The position numbers and the translations under genes were made by a program. A DNA stretch of 55,050 nt from Bacillota bacterium (GTDB lineage: Bacteria; Bacillota; Sulfobacillia; JAJYWN01; JAJZPE01). Below are positions 20,650-31,062 of this stretch, one piece after another. The notes under the pieces are model-generated. The model saw nothing but the letters and a program-made list of their open reading frames with translations, did no database searches and had not been told where the DNA came from. Position 1 is the first letter of the stretch. Each line of letters begins with the position of its first letter. Location: contig JAJZPE010000005.1 in assembly GCA_021811325.1 (NCBI GenBank), forward strand, positions 1 to 55,050. Reading direction: 5' to 3'.

Positions 20650-22050
20650 CTAGGTCGTCCAGACCCGCGGCAGGTGCCCCATCTTGAAGAGCACCTGGCG
20701 GATGGTCATCATCCCCGTGTAGTTGCAGAGGGCGAAGACGAACGCGCCCGGTGGCGTCGTGGCCAGGGCCAGCTCGATGGCCTGGCGGTAGTCGGGTTCG
20801 CGGCGGATGGGGGGGCCGCCCGGGGTGGCGTACTTAAGGCGCACGGCCAGGTCGTCGGCCCAGGTCCCGGAGACGATGGCCCGGTCGAAGCGGTTCGGCC
20901 CCTCGAAGAGGGTCTCGAAACCGACGTCCCAGATCCAACCGACGTCGATGCCCCGCACCAGCGGGTCGTTCATGGCCACGAGGAGCGATTTCGGCCGCGG
21001 GTGACCAACGATGGTCTTGATCATCTCGTTGCCCCCGACCGGGTTCTTGACCATGCCAATGAAGAACTTGCGGCCGCGGACCCGGACCACCTCGCCGCGA
21101 CCGAAGGCCGGGCGGCAACGCTCGAGCCCTAGGCGGACCTGCTGGAGGTCGACGCCGAGGCAGAGGCCGGCGGTCAGGGCAGACAGGGCGTTGTAGGCGT
21201 TGAAGAGGCCCGGGAAGGGGATCTTGAACTGGTGCATCGCCCCGGCGATCTCGATGCTCAGCTCCGAGCCCTCGGCGCCGCGGGGCTTGAACTTGCGGAG
21301 GATGACCGACGCCTCCGGGCGCCTGTAGTCGCAGCCGGGGCAACGGTAGATGCCGGCGTGGGCGAAGTACTCGACCTTGTACTCGAGCCGTGAGCCGCAG
21401 CGCGGGCAACGCCGCCCCTCGCTGAGGTGACCCTCCAGGCGCTGGTCCTCGAAGCCGTTCTCGGCCCCGAAGAAGCGGATGACGCGGCCTGAGTGCGAGT
21501 CGAGGCTGGCCACCAGCGGGTCGTCGGCGTTGAGGGCGCAGAAGCCGTTGGGGATGGAGGCCAGGCCGCGCCCGACCTTCTGGACGACCGCCTCGATCTG
21601 GCCGTAGCGGTCGACCTGGTCGCGCGAGAAGTTGGTGACCACGAGGCCGGTGCAGCGCAGGTCGTTGACGACGAGGGGCAGCCACCCCTCGTCGACCTCG
21701 AAGACGGCGTAGTCGGCGTTGATGCGGCCCCAGCAATCCGAGGCGTTGATGAAGGCCGCCGCCACGCCGTAGCGGAGGTTGGCCCCGGACGGGTTGTGGA
21801 CCACGCGGTGGCCGGCGGTCCTCAGGATGGAGGTCAGCATCCGGGCGGTGGTCGTCTTGCCGTTGGTCCCGGTGACCACGATGGTGCCTCGCTTGACCCG
21901 CGTGGCCAGGGCCTTGAGCAAGGACGGGTCGAGGGTCAGGGCGACCTTACCGGGGAGGTTCGAACCCCCCCGGCCGAAGGCGCGACTCGTGTAGAAGGAG
22001 AGCTTGGCGGCGGTCAGGGCCAACCGCCCCCGCACACCGTAACGGCTCAA
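20650..22050 (-). CDS. MurT-like Mur ligase family protein (DUF1727)
   Basis: GSNLPGK, TGTNGKTTT, EVDEG, NFSRDQVDRYG, CPRC..CPGC zinc insert, FGRGE, KNPVG, WIWDVGFE, NYTGM. Confidence 0.85.
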   Translation of the reverse strand: MSRYGVRGRLALTAAKLSFYTSRAFGRGGSNLPGKVALTLDPSLLKALATRVKRGTIVVTGTNGKTTTARMLTSILRTAGHRVVHNPSGANLRYGVAAAFINASDCWGRINADYAVFEVDEGWLPLVVNDLRCTGLVVTNFSRDQVDRYGQIEAVVQKVGRGLASIPNGFCALNADDPLVASLDSHSGRVIRFFGAENGFEDQRLEGHLSEGRRCPRCGSRLEYKVEYFAHAGIYRCPGCDYRRPEASVILRKFKPRGAEGSELSIEIAGAMHQFKIPFPGLFNAYNALSALTAGLCLGVDLQQVRLGLERCRPAFGRGEVVRVRGRKFFIGMVKNPVGGNEMIKTIVGHPRPKSLLVAMNDPLVRGIDVGWIWDVGFETLFEGPNRFDRAIVSGTWADDLAVRLKYATPGGPPIRREPDYRQAIELALATTPPGAFVFALCNYTGMMTIRQVLFKMGHLPRVWTT

Positions 22051-22086
22051 GCGCCAGAACCCCCTCCGCGCGTCTAAGGCGCGCTA

Positions 22087-22115
22087 TAGTTTATGGGAGG
22101 GGGTCGGGCGGTGCC
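22087..22115 (-). promoter_or_regulatory. sigK/sigE-like sporulation promoter upstream of the murT-like gene
   Basis: GGCAC-N15-CATAAACTA. Confidence 0.45.
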
Positions 22116-22141
22116 AATAGTTGACAGAATGGGGCGTGCGA

Positions 22142-22930
22142 TCAGCCCCCCCGCACCTCGCGCAGGAAGCTCAACGATTTCAGCGGCTTCTCCAGGTGGT
22201 GCAGGATGTAGGCGCTGAGCATGTCCTCGAGGGCCCGGGCCACCGGCGCCGAGAGCTTGAGGGCAGCGGCCCTGCGCAGGTCGGCGGCGAGCAGGAACCG
22301 GGCCGACTCGACCGCTCCGGGCGGGACCGCCAGGGCCGTCGGGTCCGAGGCCGCGCAATCGGGGCAGAGCACGCCGCCGGCGGCGACCGAGAACCCGCCC
22401 AGGTTCCAGGCGCCCGCGCCCCGCCCCTCGGCGCCCGTGCCGCCCGGCGCCACCGCCCGCCCGCAGCCCGCGCACCGCTCAAGCTCCGGCCGCAGGCCGG
22501 CCAGGGTCAGCAGGCGCAGCTCGAACAACCTGGTGACGACCTCCGCGTCGCTGCCCGCCTGGAGCATGTGCTGGGCGGCCAACAACGCCAGGAAGACATC
22601 CGGGTTGCGGTCCCTCTCCCGGGTGAACTCGTCGGTCAGCTCGGAGAAGTAGGTCGCGTAGGCCGACTTGGCGAGGTCCCCGCGGATGCCGGCGAACGGC
22701 TCACGAATCTCGAACTGGCTCAGTCGGTCGAGGCCGCGGCCCCGGAAACAAAGCATGAACCCGTGGGTGAACGGCTGGGTCGCCGCGGCCAGCGGGCTCC
22801 GGGAGCGTCTCGCCCCGACCGCGGCCACCTGGACCTTGCCTTCCTCACGGGTGTAAAGGGTCAGGGCCTTGTCCGCCTCGCCCAGGTTCCGCGCGCGGAG
22901 GACGATGCCCTCGGTCTTGTAGAGGGACAC
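22142..22930 (-). CDS. recO: DNA repair protein RecO
   Basis: EGIVLR..GEADK, G.RR..S, CAGC..CPDC, LKSLSFL; era-deoC-recO synteny. Confidence 0.92.
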   Translation of the reverse strand: MSLYKTEGIVLRARNLGEADKALTLYTREEGKVQVAAVGARRSRSPLAAATQPFTHGFMLCFRGRGLDRLSQFEIREPFAGIRGDLAKSAYATYFSELTDEFTRERDRNPDVFLALLAAQHMLQAGSDAEVVTRLFELRLLTLAGLRPELERCAGCGRAVAPGGTGAEGRGAGAWNLGGFSVAAGGVLCPDCAASDPTALAVPPGAVESARFLLAADLRRAAALKLSAPVARALEDMLSAYILHHLEKPLKSLSFLREVRGG

Positions 22931-22933
22931 CGG

Positions 22934-23701
22934 CTACTCCCCGGCCCCGTCGGGCCCCTTGCCTCCGGTCGCGCCCTCGGCCCGCGCCGCCTCGAACTCC
23001 TTGAGGATGGCCGCGCCGGCACTGGCCCCGATGCGGTTCGCCCCGGCCTCGATCATCGCCTGGGCGTCGCGCAGGGTGCGCACACCACCGGCGGCTTTGA
23101 CCCCGATGTTCGGCCCGACCGTCCGCCGCATCAGCCTGACGTCCTCGACGGTGGCCCCGCTGGGGCCGAAGCCGGTCGAGGTCTTGACGAAGTCGGCCCC
23201 GGCGCGGACGGCGGCCTGGCAAGCCCGGACCTTCTCCTCGTCCGTAAGGTAGCAGGCCTCGATGATGACCTTGACGATGACCCCGGCCCCGGTCCGGGCC
23301 GGGCGCGCCAGGCTGGCCGCCCGCTTGCCGTAGGCTTCGCGGCCGGCCTCGACGACGGCCTTGACGTCGTTCTCGACGAGGTCGTCGCGGCCGCCCTTGA
23401 GGGCGCCGACGTTGATCACCATGTCGACCTCATCGGCCCCGGCCAGTACGGCCTCAGCGGCCTCGGCGGCCTTGGTGGCGGTGGTCGTCGCCCCGAGGGG
23501 GAAGCCGACGACGGTGCAGACCTTGACCCCCGACCCGTCGAGGTTCGACGCCGCCAGGGGCACGTGGCCGGCGTTGACGCAGACGGAGATGAAGCCGTTC
23601 TCCTTGGCCTCCTCGCAAAGGCTGAGGATGTCACGGGCGGTCGCCTGGGCCTTCAGGAGCGTGTGGTCGATCATCCCAGCCAGGGCCTTCCTGGTGAGCA
23701 T
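22934..23701 (-). CDS. deoC: Deoxyribose-phosphate aldolase
   Basis: [47 protein letters not shown]. Confidence 0.95.
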   Translation of the reverse strand: MLTRKALAGMIDHTLLKAQATARDILSLCEEAKENGFISVCVNAGHVPLAASNLDGSGVKVCTVVGFPLGATTTATKAAEAAEAVLAGADEVDMVINVGALKGGRDDLVENDVKAVVEAGREAYGKRAASLARPARTGAGVIVKVIIEACYLTDEEKVRACQAAVRAGADFVKTSTGFGPSGATVEDVRLMRRTVGPNIGVKAAGGVRTLRDAQAMIEAGANRIGASAGAAILKEFEAARAEGATGGKGPDGAGE

Positions 23702-23728
23702 GGTGTGGTCTCCTCCCCCGCGGCCGTC

Positions 23729-24661
23729 TCAGCGGCCGGTCTGCTCTGAGTAACCCAACAGGCGCAGGACTTCCTGGCTGTTCCGCCAGTCTTTGTTGAC
23801 TTTCACCCACAGGTCCAGGTACACCGGCGAGCCGAGGAGGCTCTCGACCTCCTGCCGGGCCTCCTTGCCGATCTCCTTGAGCATCCGCCCACCCTCGCCG
23901 ATGATGATGCCCTTCTGTGAGTCGCGCTCGACGAAGATGACCGCCTTGACGTAGACCATGTTGTTGGGCCGCGGCGACATCTCCTCGACGACGACGGCCA
24001 CCGAGTGCGGCACTTCCTCGCGGGTCAGCCGCAATATCTGCTCGCGCACGAGTTCGGCAACGATGAACCGCTCGGGCTGGTCGGTGACCGTGTCCTCGGG
24101 ATAGTACTTGGGCCCCGGCTCGAGGTGGTCGATGATCTCGCGCAGGAGGACGTCGAGGTTCTCGCCCATGGAGGCGGAGATGGGGACGACCGCCGCGTAG
24201 GGGTGGAGCCGCCCATACTGCGCGGCGATCCGGTCGACGTCGTCCCGTTTGACCAGGTCGATCTTGTTGACGGCGAGGATGGCCGGGGTCCGGACCTCAC
24301 CGAGTTTGCGGGCGATGAGCTGGTCCCCCGGCCCGATCTCGGCCTGGGCCTCGATGACGTGGACGATCAGGTCGACGTCGCTCAGCGTCCGCTGGGCCAG
24401 GTTGACCATGTACTCACCGAGCTTGTGCCGCGGCTTGTGGATGCCCGGCGTGTCGAGGAAGATGACCTGATAGTCGTCGCCGGTGAGGACGGAGAGGATC
24501 TTGTTCCGCGTCGTCTGCGGCTTATCCGAGACGATGGCCAGCTTCTGGCCGGACATCTGGTTGAGCAAGGTCGACTTGCCGACATTGGGGCGGCCGATGA
24601 GGGCGGCGAACCCGGAGCGGAATGGAGCCGCCCCGACCTGGTTGTCCTCAGCCAAACTCAC
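23729..24661 (-). CDS. era: GTPase Era
   Basis: GRPNVGKST, PQTTR, DTPG, NKID and KH domain. GTG 24661 overlaps the cdd stop (GTGA). Confidence 0.96.
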   Translation of the reverse strand: MSLAEDNQVGAAPFRSGFAALIGRPNVGKSTLLNQMSGQKLAIVSDKPQTTRNKILSVLTGDDYQVIFLDTPGIHKPRHKLGEYMVNLAQRTLSDVDLIVHVIEAQAEIGPGDQLIARKLGEVRTPAILAVNKIDLVKRDDVDRIAAQYGRLHPYAAVVPISASMGENLDVLLREIIDHLEPGPKYYPEDTVTDQPERFIVAELVREQILRLTREEVPHSVAVVVEEMSPRPNNMVYVKAVIFVERDSQKGIIIGEGGRMLKEIGKEARQEVESLLGSPVYLDLWVKVNKDWRNSQEVLRLLGYSEQTGR

Positions 24662-25098
24662 TTTCCCCCCTTCTCGAGAGTGAACGAGAAGGGCAAGAGG
24701 TCGGCCAGGGTGGCGATGACGGCTTCTCCGGTGTCGACGTTGGCCATGACGACGCGCAGGTCGGGCCGGGCGAACTCGGACAACACCTGCCGGCAGACCC
24801 CGCACGGATAGGGGAAGCCTTCTCCCCCGCCGGTCACGGCGATGGCCGAGAACTCGCGGTCGCCCTCGGAGACGGCCTTGAAGACGGCCGTCCGCTCGGC
24901 GCAGTTGGTGGGACCATAAGCGGCGTTCTCGATGTTGCACCCGCCATATGTCTTGCCCCCGGGCGTCCGCAGGGCGGCCCCGACCTTATACCCCGAGTAG
25001 GGCGAATAGGCCCGCCGGCGGTACGTGGCGGCCAGGTCCAGGAGCCGGCGGTCGTCCGGATTGAGCTTATCCACGCGCCGCTTCTCGACGGAACTCAC
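24658..25098 (-). CDS. cdd: Cytidine deaminase
   Basis: AYSPYS..VGAAL, NIENAAY, CAERTA, PCGVCRQ; GTGA overlap with the upstream gene. Confidence 0.94.
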   Translation of the reverse strand: MSSVEKRRVDKLNPDDRRLLDLAATYRRRAYSPYSGYKVGAALRTPGGKTYGGCNIENAAYGPTNCAERTAVFKAVSEGDREFSAIAVTGGGEGFPYPCGVCRQVLSEFARPDLRVVMANVDTGEAVIATLADLLPFSFTLEKGGK

Positions 25099-26141
25099 TT
25101 CGTGTCCACCTTCGTTTCCAGAGGAACGACTTCGATCCAGGTCTGCCCGGGCACGAGGACCAGCGGGTGACCCTGGGCGTCGGTGAAGACGGTCGGGGCC
25201 TCGCGGGAGGCCTTCTTCCATTTGGCCTCGATGGCCACGCCCTTGACGAAAAGCTGCGCCCGCCCTTCACCGACGAAGTAGACGTTTATCCGCAGCTTGG
25301 GATCTTTCGGGATGGCCTCGGACCGGACGTACTGGACGATGATGTTCGGCGTGGTCAGTTGCCTGCCGGTCGGCTTGTCCAGGTACGGCCGGCCCTTGAC
25401 GAAACGGGAGTACAGCCCGGTGGCCGGGTCATGCTTCCACGACACGACATAGCCCTCGTAGCCCTTGGGGTACGGGATGGTGACCTCGGTCGCCGCGGCG
25501 CCCGTCGGGGCCAGGGCGGGGTCGCGCTTGAAGAGCTCGCGCGGCTGGCCGCTCGTGGTCGTCCGGTACTTCTTCTCCGCCGCGGCCCCCATTGTCCGTT
25601 CGTAGCTCGTGTAGAGATTGTGGGGTGACTGCCGGTCGGAAGCCCGCCAAGAGAAACGGGCGGGGACGTTGAACTCGAGGTTGATGTCGTTGATGTTGAA
25701 GGCCGGGATCTCCTCCTCGGCCTGGGGACTCTGACCGCAATGGACATAGAGGGCGTCGAGCTCCATGGCCAGGTCGAGGAAGTAATCGCGGGCGCTCCGC
25801 ACCGGGCCGACCTCGGGCACGGCCTGGTCGAGGTAGACGGCGAAGTAACGGGTGATACCGCCCTCGGCCAGCACCTCATAGACCAGGCCGGCCTGGTCGA
25901 GGCCCGACTGCGGACGGGCGTCCGGATGGTTGTCGATCATCACCGCCACCGGCCGGCGCTTGGTCAGCTCCTCGGTGGTCAGTTCGCCGGTGAGCGGCGA
26001 GTAGAACTTGGGCGGCTCGGGCGGGGGCGGCGGCGGCCGGCGGGCGAGGTGAGCGCGGTAGGCGGCCGCTCCTCCAAGGGCTCCGAAGGCGACGAAAATG
26101 GCGATGAGGTACCAGAGGAGATGACGGGGAGCACGGGGCAT
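25095..26141 (-). CDS. DUF3048 (YerB-like) membrane-anchored protein
   Basis: N-terminal TM and Pro linker, SPLTG, RPVAVMIDN..ARPQSGL, EGGITR, GPVRSAR, PHNLY, PGQTWI. Confidence 0.85.
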   Translation of the reverse strand: MPRAPRHLLWYLIAIFVAFGALGGAAAYRAHLARRPPPPPPEPPKFYSPLTGELTTEELTKRRPVAVMIDNHPDARPQSGLDQAGLVYEVLAEGGITRYFAVYLDQAVPEVGPVRSARDYFLDLAMELDALYVHCGQSPQAEEEIPAFNINDINLEFNVPARFSWRASDRQSPHNLYTSYERTMGAAAEKKYRTTTSGQPRELFKRDPALAPTGAAATEVTIPYPKGYEGYVVSWKHDPATGLYSRFVKGRPYLDKPTGRQLTTPNIIVQYVRSEAIPKDPKLRINVYFVGEGRAQLFVKGVAIEAKWKKASREAPTVFTDAQGHPLVLVPGQTWIEVVPLETKVDTK

Positions 26142-26186
26142 GTCCGAAAGAGCCCTCCAATGATCAAGTTCTGGAAGGTGGCAGGT

Positions 26187-26789
26187 TCAGGAATGGCGCG
26201 GCCACGGGCTGATGACCCCGCCCGAGATGACCAGCTTCATGCCTTCCTCGACGGTGATGTCGGTGTGGATGATCTGGCTCTCGGGGACGAGCATCAAAAA
26301 GCCCGAGGTCGGGTTGGGCGTCGTGGCCACGAAGACGTTGATGAGCTTCTCGCCATTCTCCTGACCGGCCGAGCGCGGGGTTTCGCCGGTGACGAAGGCC
26401 ACGGTGTAGATCCCCTTGCGGGGCCACTCGACCATGGCCACCCGCTTGAACGCGGTCTGATTGGGCTTGGCGAAGGCATCGACGATCTGCTTCATGGTCC
26501 CGTAGACGCCCCGCACCAGCGGCGTCCGCAAGAACAGCGACTCGGCCCAGCTCAGGAGGCGCCGGCCGAGCCAGATGTTGGCCAGGAGGCCGACCGCGAG
26601 GACCACGGCCAGGGTCGCCAGGACCCCCAGCCCGGGCACCTTGAAGCCGAAGAACCTCACGTTCTCGACCAGGCCGCCGGAGAGTTGGTTCAGGAACGAG
26701 AAGACCGCGCGGAGGACGTAGAAGGTCCCCATGACCGGGAGAAGGACGATGACTCCGGCGATGAAGTGGTTACGCAATTTCTTCCACAT
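26187..26789 (-). CDS. DUF502 membrane protein
   Basis: FIAGVIVLLP, P.VRGVY..KQI, VEWPR, VFVATTPNPTSG, MKLVISGG. Confidence 0.88.
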   Translation of the reverse strand: MWKKLRNHFIAGVIVLLPVMGTFYVLRAVFSFLNQLSGGLVENVRFFGFKVPGLGVLATLAVVLAVGLLANIWLGRRLLSWAESLFLRTPLVRGVYGTMKQIVDAFAKPNQTAFKRVAMVEWPRKGIYTVAFVTGETPRSAGQENGEKLINVFVATTPNPTSGFLMLVPESQIIHTDITVEEGMKLVISGGVISPWPRHS

Positions 26790-26825
26790 TGGATGGACTC
26801 TCCCCTTCCTCTGAGCAGGCGTCGA

Positions 26826-27380
26826 CTAACATTTTTTCCCAAACCGGTGACCGGCGAGGACGGCCCAGGTGAGGAGGGCCACAAGACCGGCCGCCAGAGC
26901 GATGGCCAATCCGGGCCGCTCGGCGACCCGGCGGAAGACGAGAGAGGGGTCGGGGTTCCGGGCCACGATGACCAGCCCGGCGACGACGAGGCTGAAGACG
27001 GAGGCCACCAACACCGCCCCGGCCGCAGCGTCCTTGGCCAACCTGGCCGCGGGGTCCGGGCGGTCGCCGGCCGAGTCGACGGCGGCCTCGACGGCCGTGT
27101 TGATGAGCTCAGTCACCAGGACCAGGCTGATGGCCAGGGTGACCCAGAGCCAGTCGGTCCGCAGGAAGTCCAAAAAAAGCCCGGCGGCGAGGACCAGGTA
27201 GGCAACCAGCCAGTGGATGCGGAGGTTGCGCTCGCGCCTGGTGGCCTCGGCCACGCCGGAGGAGGCCCAGGACAGGGAGCGGATGAACGGCGCGTGGCGC
27301 CGCCTCTGCCCCTGCGGTGAGTCTGTTCCGGGGTCAGCGGGGTAAACCGAGTCGTTCGAGGATGGCCTCCTGTCGCTCAT
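26826..27380 (-). CDS. dgkA: Diacylglycerol/undecaprenol kinase family protein
   Basis: ERNLRIH, ELINTAVEAAVD, AKDAAAGAVL; follows ybeY. The start is uncertain (47-bp overlap). Confidence 0.85.
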   Translation of the reverse strand: MSDRRPSSNDSVYPADPGTDSPQGQRRRHAPFIRSLSWASSGVAEATRRERNLRIHWLVAYLVLAAGLFLDFLRTDWLWVTLAISLVLVTELINTAVEAAVDSAGDRPDPAARLAKDAAAGAVLVASVFSLVVAGLVIVARNPDPSLVFRRVAERPGLAIALAAGLVALLTWAVLAGHRFGKKC

Positions 27381-27819
27381 TCATCTCGGCCTCCCGCTCG
27401 GAGGTCTGATGGTCGTGACCCAAAAGGTGAAACAGCCCGTGCAAGGTCAGGAAGGCCACTTCGCGCTCGAAGCTGTGGCCATAGTCTTCGGCCTGCTTGC
27501 TGGCCCGTTCGAGGGAGACGACGATGTCCCCGAGGAGCAGCGGGCCTTCGCTTTCGTCTTCACCGGCGCCCTCGGGTTCACGGGCGCCCTCGAGCATGGC
27601 GAAGGACAGGACGTCGGTGGCGCAGTCGGTCTCGCGGTACTTCCGGTTCAGCTCGTGAATGTGTTCATCGTCGACGAGGGCCACGCTGACCTCGGCGCGG
27701 TCCCTGTCGGCCGGCGCCAGTTCGTCGGCCAGTCCGGCCTCGACCGCACGCCTGACGAGGTCCTCGAGCCGACCGTCCACCGGCACCTTATCCTGAAGAT
27801 TGCTTATCAGTACGGCCAT
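27334..27819 (-). CDS. ybeY: rRNA maturation endoribonuclease YbeY
   Basis: LNRKYR..TDVLSF, LGDIVVS, HGLFHLLGHDH. ATG 27819 follows GGGGAGGG. Confidence 0.94.
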   Translation of the reverse strand: MAVLISNLQDKVPVDGRLEDLVRRAVEAGLADELAPADRDRAEVSVALVDDEHIHELNRKYRETDCATDVLSFAMLEGAREPEGAGEDESEGPLLLGDIVVSLERASKQAEDYGHSFEREVAFLTLHGLFHLLGHDHQTSEREAEMNERQEAILERLGLPR

Positions 27820-30001
27820 CGGCGGCACCCTCCCCGTTCGTCTGCTCGGCCCCATTCTGGGCTTCCTTCCCGCTATCCTTCCCGCTTTCCCGGCCGTTCT
27901 TGCCGTTCTTGGCGTCTTTGCGCAGCTCGGCCAGCATGGTGTCGGGGTACTCGATGCGCGGGTGGAAGATACCGGAGAGGACGCGGACGAACGAGGAAGC
28001 GATGATGTCAAGGTCGCGGAGGGTCAGGTCGGACGAGTTCAACTGCCCGTCGTCAAGGCGGTCCTTGATGATCTTGCGGACCAGCGTCTCGATTCGGAGC
28101 GGGGTCGGCTTGGAGAGCGAGCGGACGGCGGCTTCGACCGAGTCGGCCAGCATGACCACGGCGCCTTCGCGGGTCTGCGGGCGCGGGCCTTCGTAGCGGA
28201 AGTCCTCTTCGACGACCTCCTCGGCCCGGCCGTTCTCAGTCGCCCGCGAGAAGAAGTAGGACACCAGCGAGGTCCCGTGGTGCTGGCGGACGATGTCGAC
28301 GATGGCCGGCGGCAGGTGATACTGCTGGGCCAGTTCGACCCCGTCCTTGACGTGCGAGGTGATGATCAGCGTGGACAGCGACGGGGAGATCTTGTCGTGC
28401 GGGTTCTCCACGCCGAACTGGTTATCGATGAAGAAGTAGGGCCGCTTGGTCTTGCCGACGTCGTGGTAGTACGCGCCGACGCGGGCCAGGAGCGGGTCCC
28501 CGCCGATGGCCTCGGTGGCCGCCTCGGCCAGGTTGGCCACCATGATGCTGTGGTGATAGGTGCCCGGGGCCTCGACCAGCAGCTTTTGCAGGAGGGGCTG
28601 GCCCGGGTGGGAAATCTCGAGCAGCTTGACCGAGGTGATGACGCCGAAGAAGTTCTCGAAGAAGGGCAGCGAGCCGATGGTCAGAATGGAGGCGACGAGG
28701 CCGTTGACCATCCCCCAGAGGTAAGACCGCCAGGTCTCGACCTCGTACAGGGAACGGGCCCCGATGAGCGACAGGGCAAGGATGCCCGCCAGGTTGGCCA
28801 GGCCGACCAGGAAGCCGGCCCGCATCACGTCGGAGCGCTGGCCCACGCGGGCCACCGAGAAGACCCCGGCCAGGCCGCCGAGGAGGGCGACGGTCACGTA
28901 ACGGAAGTCGTTGGCGTTGACCAGGCCGGTCACGACGGCCAGGACGAGGGCGAAGACGACGGCCGTCTGGCGGTCGATGAGGATGGCCACGAGGATCGTC
29001 CCGAAGGCCACCGGGACCAGGTAGCCGGAGATGGTGTTGACCGCGCCGGCCAGGAAGGCCGTGACGACCAGAATGATGCCCATCATGACCAGGGCGGCCT
29101 CGTTGTCATAGACCTTGCGGGCCATGGTCCTGAGGTAGAGGGCGATGGCGGCGATGAGGATGGCGGCCATGGCCGCCGCGCCGGCGAAGTAAGCCACGTC
29201 GAAGCCCTGGCGGAGGAGGCCGAGGTCCTGGAGGACGGCCAGGTCGGGAGCGGTGACGATGGCCCCCTTGCGGACGATCCGTTGGCCCTTGAGGATCTTC
29301 ACCGGCTCGACCGAGTCCATGGCCTCCTGGCGCCTGGCCCTGGTGGCCGCGTCGTTGAGGGCCATGTTCGGTCGGACCATCGCCTTGGCCAGCGCCAAGA
29401 CGAAGGTGCGGTCGGCCCCGGTCAGCTGGAGGGCCCCGACCTCGTTGTCAGTCTGCTGCTTGGCGGCATCCAGGGTGTCCTGGCGGATGCCGACCTGCAT
29501 CACCCGCTCGATGACCCCGGTCGTCCAGTTCTCGAGGCTGGCCAGGCCGGCCGCGCTGGCCCTGAGGACGAGGGACAGGTTCGGGTCGCCGAGGTCGACC
29601 TCGGTCACGCTCTTGAGCTTGGCCAGCTTCTGTTGATAGGTCAGGGAGCCGTTGCCCCGGACCTCCTTGGCCTGGCCGAAGAAGCGAGCCAGGTCGGCCA
29701 CGGCCTCTTTGGCCACCGCCGGGTTCAGTTCGTAGACCTCGGGGACCGCGGCCGCCTGCTCCTGCCGCAACCGGTCGGTCTCCGGCCGGTTGACGATGGT
29801 CCGGGGGGCGTCGATGTCCCGCGGGGCGGGTTGTCCAACCTGCACCGAAACCTTCTCTGGCCGCGAGTAGCCGGCAATAATCACCGTCAGGAGCACAAAG
29901 AAGATAACCGCCCATACGACGCGCCGTTGGGCGGGGTCCGGCAGCAGGCGTTGGTTAAGGAAGCGGGTCCATCTCTTGCCGAGGTCCTCGAAAGACACCA
30001 A
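27788..30001 (-). CDS. pgpH: 7TM-HDIG c-di-AMP phosphodiesterase (PgpH/YqfF)
   Basis: Extracellular domain, TM block, APGTYHHS, YYHDVGK, HVKDG, QHHGT, MLADSVEAA, HPRIEYP. Confidence 0.9.
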   Translation of the reverse strand: MVSFEDLGKRWTRFLNQRLLPDPAQRRVVWAVIFFVLLTVIIAGYSRPEKVSVQVGQPAPRDIDAPRTIVNRPETDRLRQEQAAAVPEVYELNPAVAKEAVADLARFFGQAKEVRGNGSLTYQQKLAKLKSVTEVDLGDPNLSLVLRASAAGLASLENWTTGVIERVMQVGIRQDTLDAAKQQTDNEVGALQLTGADRTFVLALAKAMVRPNMALNDAATRARRQEAMDSVEPVKILKGQRIVRKGAIVTAPDLAVLQDLGLLRQGFDVAYFAGAAAMAAILIAAIALYLRTMARKVYDNEAALVMMGIILVVTAFLAGAVNTISGYLVPVAFGTILVAILIDRQTAVVFALVLAVVTGLVNANDFRYVTVALLGGLAGVFSVARVGQRSDVMRAGFLVGLANLAGILALSLIGARSLYEVETWRSYLWGMVNGLVASILTIGSLPFFENFFGVITSVKLLEISHPGQPLLQKLLVEAPGTYHHSIMVANLAEAATEAIGGDPLLARVGAYYHDVGKTKRPYFFIDNQFGVENPHDKISPSLSTLIITSHVKDGVELAQQYHLPPAIVDIVRQHHGTSLVSYFFSRATENGRAEEVVEEDFRYEGPRPQTREGAVVMLADSVEAAVRSLSKPTPLRIETLVRKIIKDRLDDGQLNSSDLTLRDLDIIASSFVRVLSGIFHPRIEYPDTMLAELRKDAKNGKNGRESGKDSGKEAQNGAEQTNGEGAADGRTDKQSSG

Positions 30002-30006
30002 CCGAC

Positions 30007-31008
30007 TCAGCTCGTTTCCTCTTGGCCGGTTTCTGTTTTCTTGCGAGTCAGGTCAAAGCGTTCGTAGGCCTTGATTATCTTCTGGACCAGCTCGTGGCGG
30101 ACCACGTCGCGGTCGCTGAGATAGACGAAGGCGATGCCCTCGACGTCGTGGAGGACGGTGCGGACCTCCTCGAGCCCGGAGAACTTCCCCCGCGGCAGGT
30201 CGACCTGGGTGATGTCGCCGGTGACGACGGCCTTCGAGCCGAAGCCGAGGCGGGTCAGGAACATCTTCATTTGCTCGGCCGTGGTGTTCTGGGCCTCGTC
30301 GAGGATGATGAAGGAGTCGTCGAGGGTCCGGCCGCGCATGTAGGCCAGGGGCGCGACCTCGATCATCCCGCGCTCCATGAACCGCTGGAACGAATCAATG
30401 CCGAGGATGTCGTAGAGGGCGTCATAGAGCGGGCGCAGGTACGGGTCGACCTTCTCCTGCAGGTCCCCGGGGAGGAAGCCGAGCTTCTCACCGGCCTCGA
30501 CGGCCGGCCGGGTCAGGATGATCCGGTTGACCTCCTTGTTCTTGAAGGCCTGGATGGCCATGGCCATGGCAAGGTAGGTCTTGCCGGTGCCGGCCGGACC
30601 GATGCCGAAGACGAGGCCGTTCTGGCGGATGGCCTCGACGTATTCCTTCTGCCCGAGGGTCTTCGGTTTGATCGGCTTTCCGCGGGTGGTCACGCAGACC
30701 ACGTCGGAGAAGACATCGCCCAGGTCGGCGTCTTTCCCCTCCTGGGCAAGTCGGATGGCGTACTTGACCTCCCGCCCGGAGACGGTCACGCCCGAGCGGA
30801 GCAGGTCCAACAGTTGTTGCACGAGGGTGGAGACCTTGTCGACGTCCTCCGGCGCACCGGTGACAACGACCTCGTCGCCTCGGCTGACTATCTTCACCGG
30901 GAAGCTCTCCTCGACCAGCTTCAGGTGCTGGTCGAAGCGGCCGAAGAGGTTCTGGGCTTCATCGTTGCTGAGGATCGGGACCCTGGTCTCCGTCTCTTTG
31001 TGCGCCAA
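30007..31008 (-). CDS. phoH: PhoH family ATPase
   Basis: [42 protein letters not shown]. Confidence 0.95.
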   Translation of the reverse strand: MAHKETETRVPILSNDEAQNLFGRFDQHLKLVEESFPVKIVSRGDEVVVTGAPEDVDKVSTLVQQLLDLLRSGVTVSGREVKYAIRLAQEGKDADLGDVFSDVVCVTTRGKPIKPKTLGQKEYVEAIRQNGLVFGIGPAGTGKTYLAMAMAIQAFKNKEVNRIILTRPAVEAGEKLGFLPGDLQEKVDPYLRPLYDALYDILGIDSFQRFMERGMIEVAPLAYMRGRTLDDSFIILDEAQNTTAEQMKMFLTRLGFGSKAVVTGDITQVDLPRGKFSGLEEVRTVLHDVEGIAFVYLSDRDVVRHELVQKIIKAYERFDLTRKKTETGQEETS

Positions 31009-31062
31009 AACGGGGTTTGATGACCTCCCTGTCGCCGCGGGCCGGGCCCGCGGTCCAGCGGT

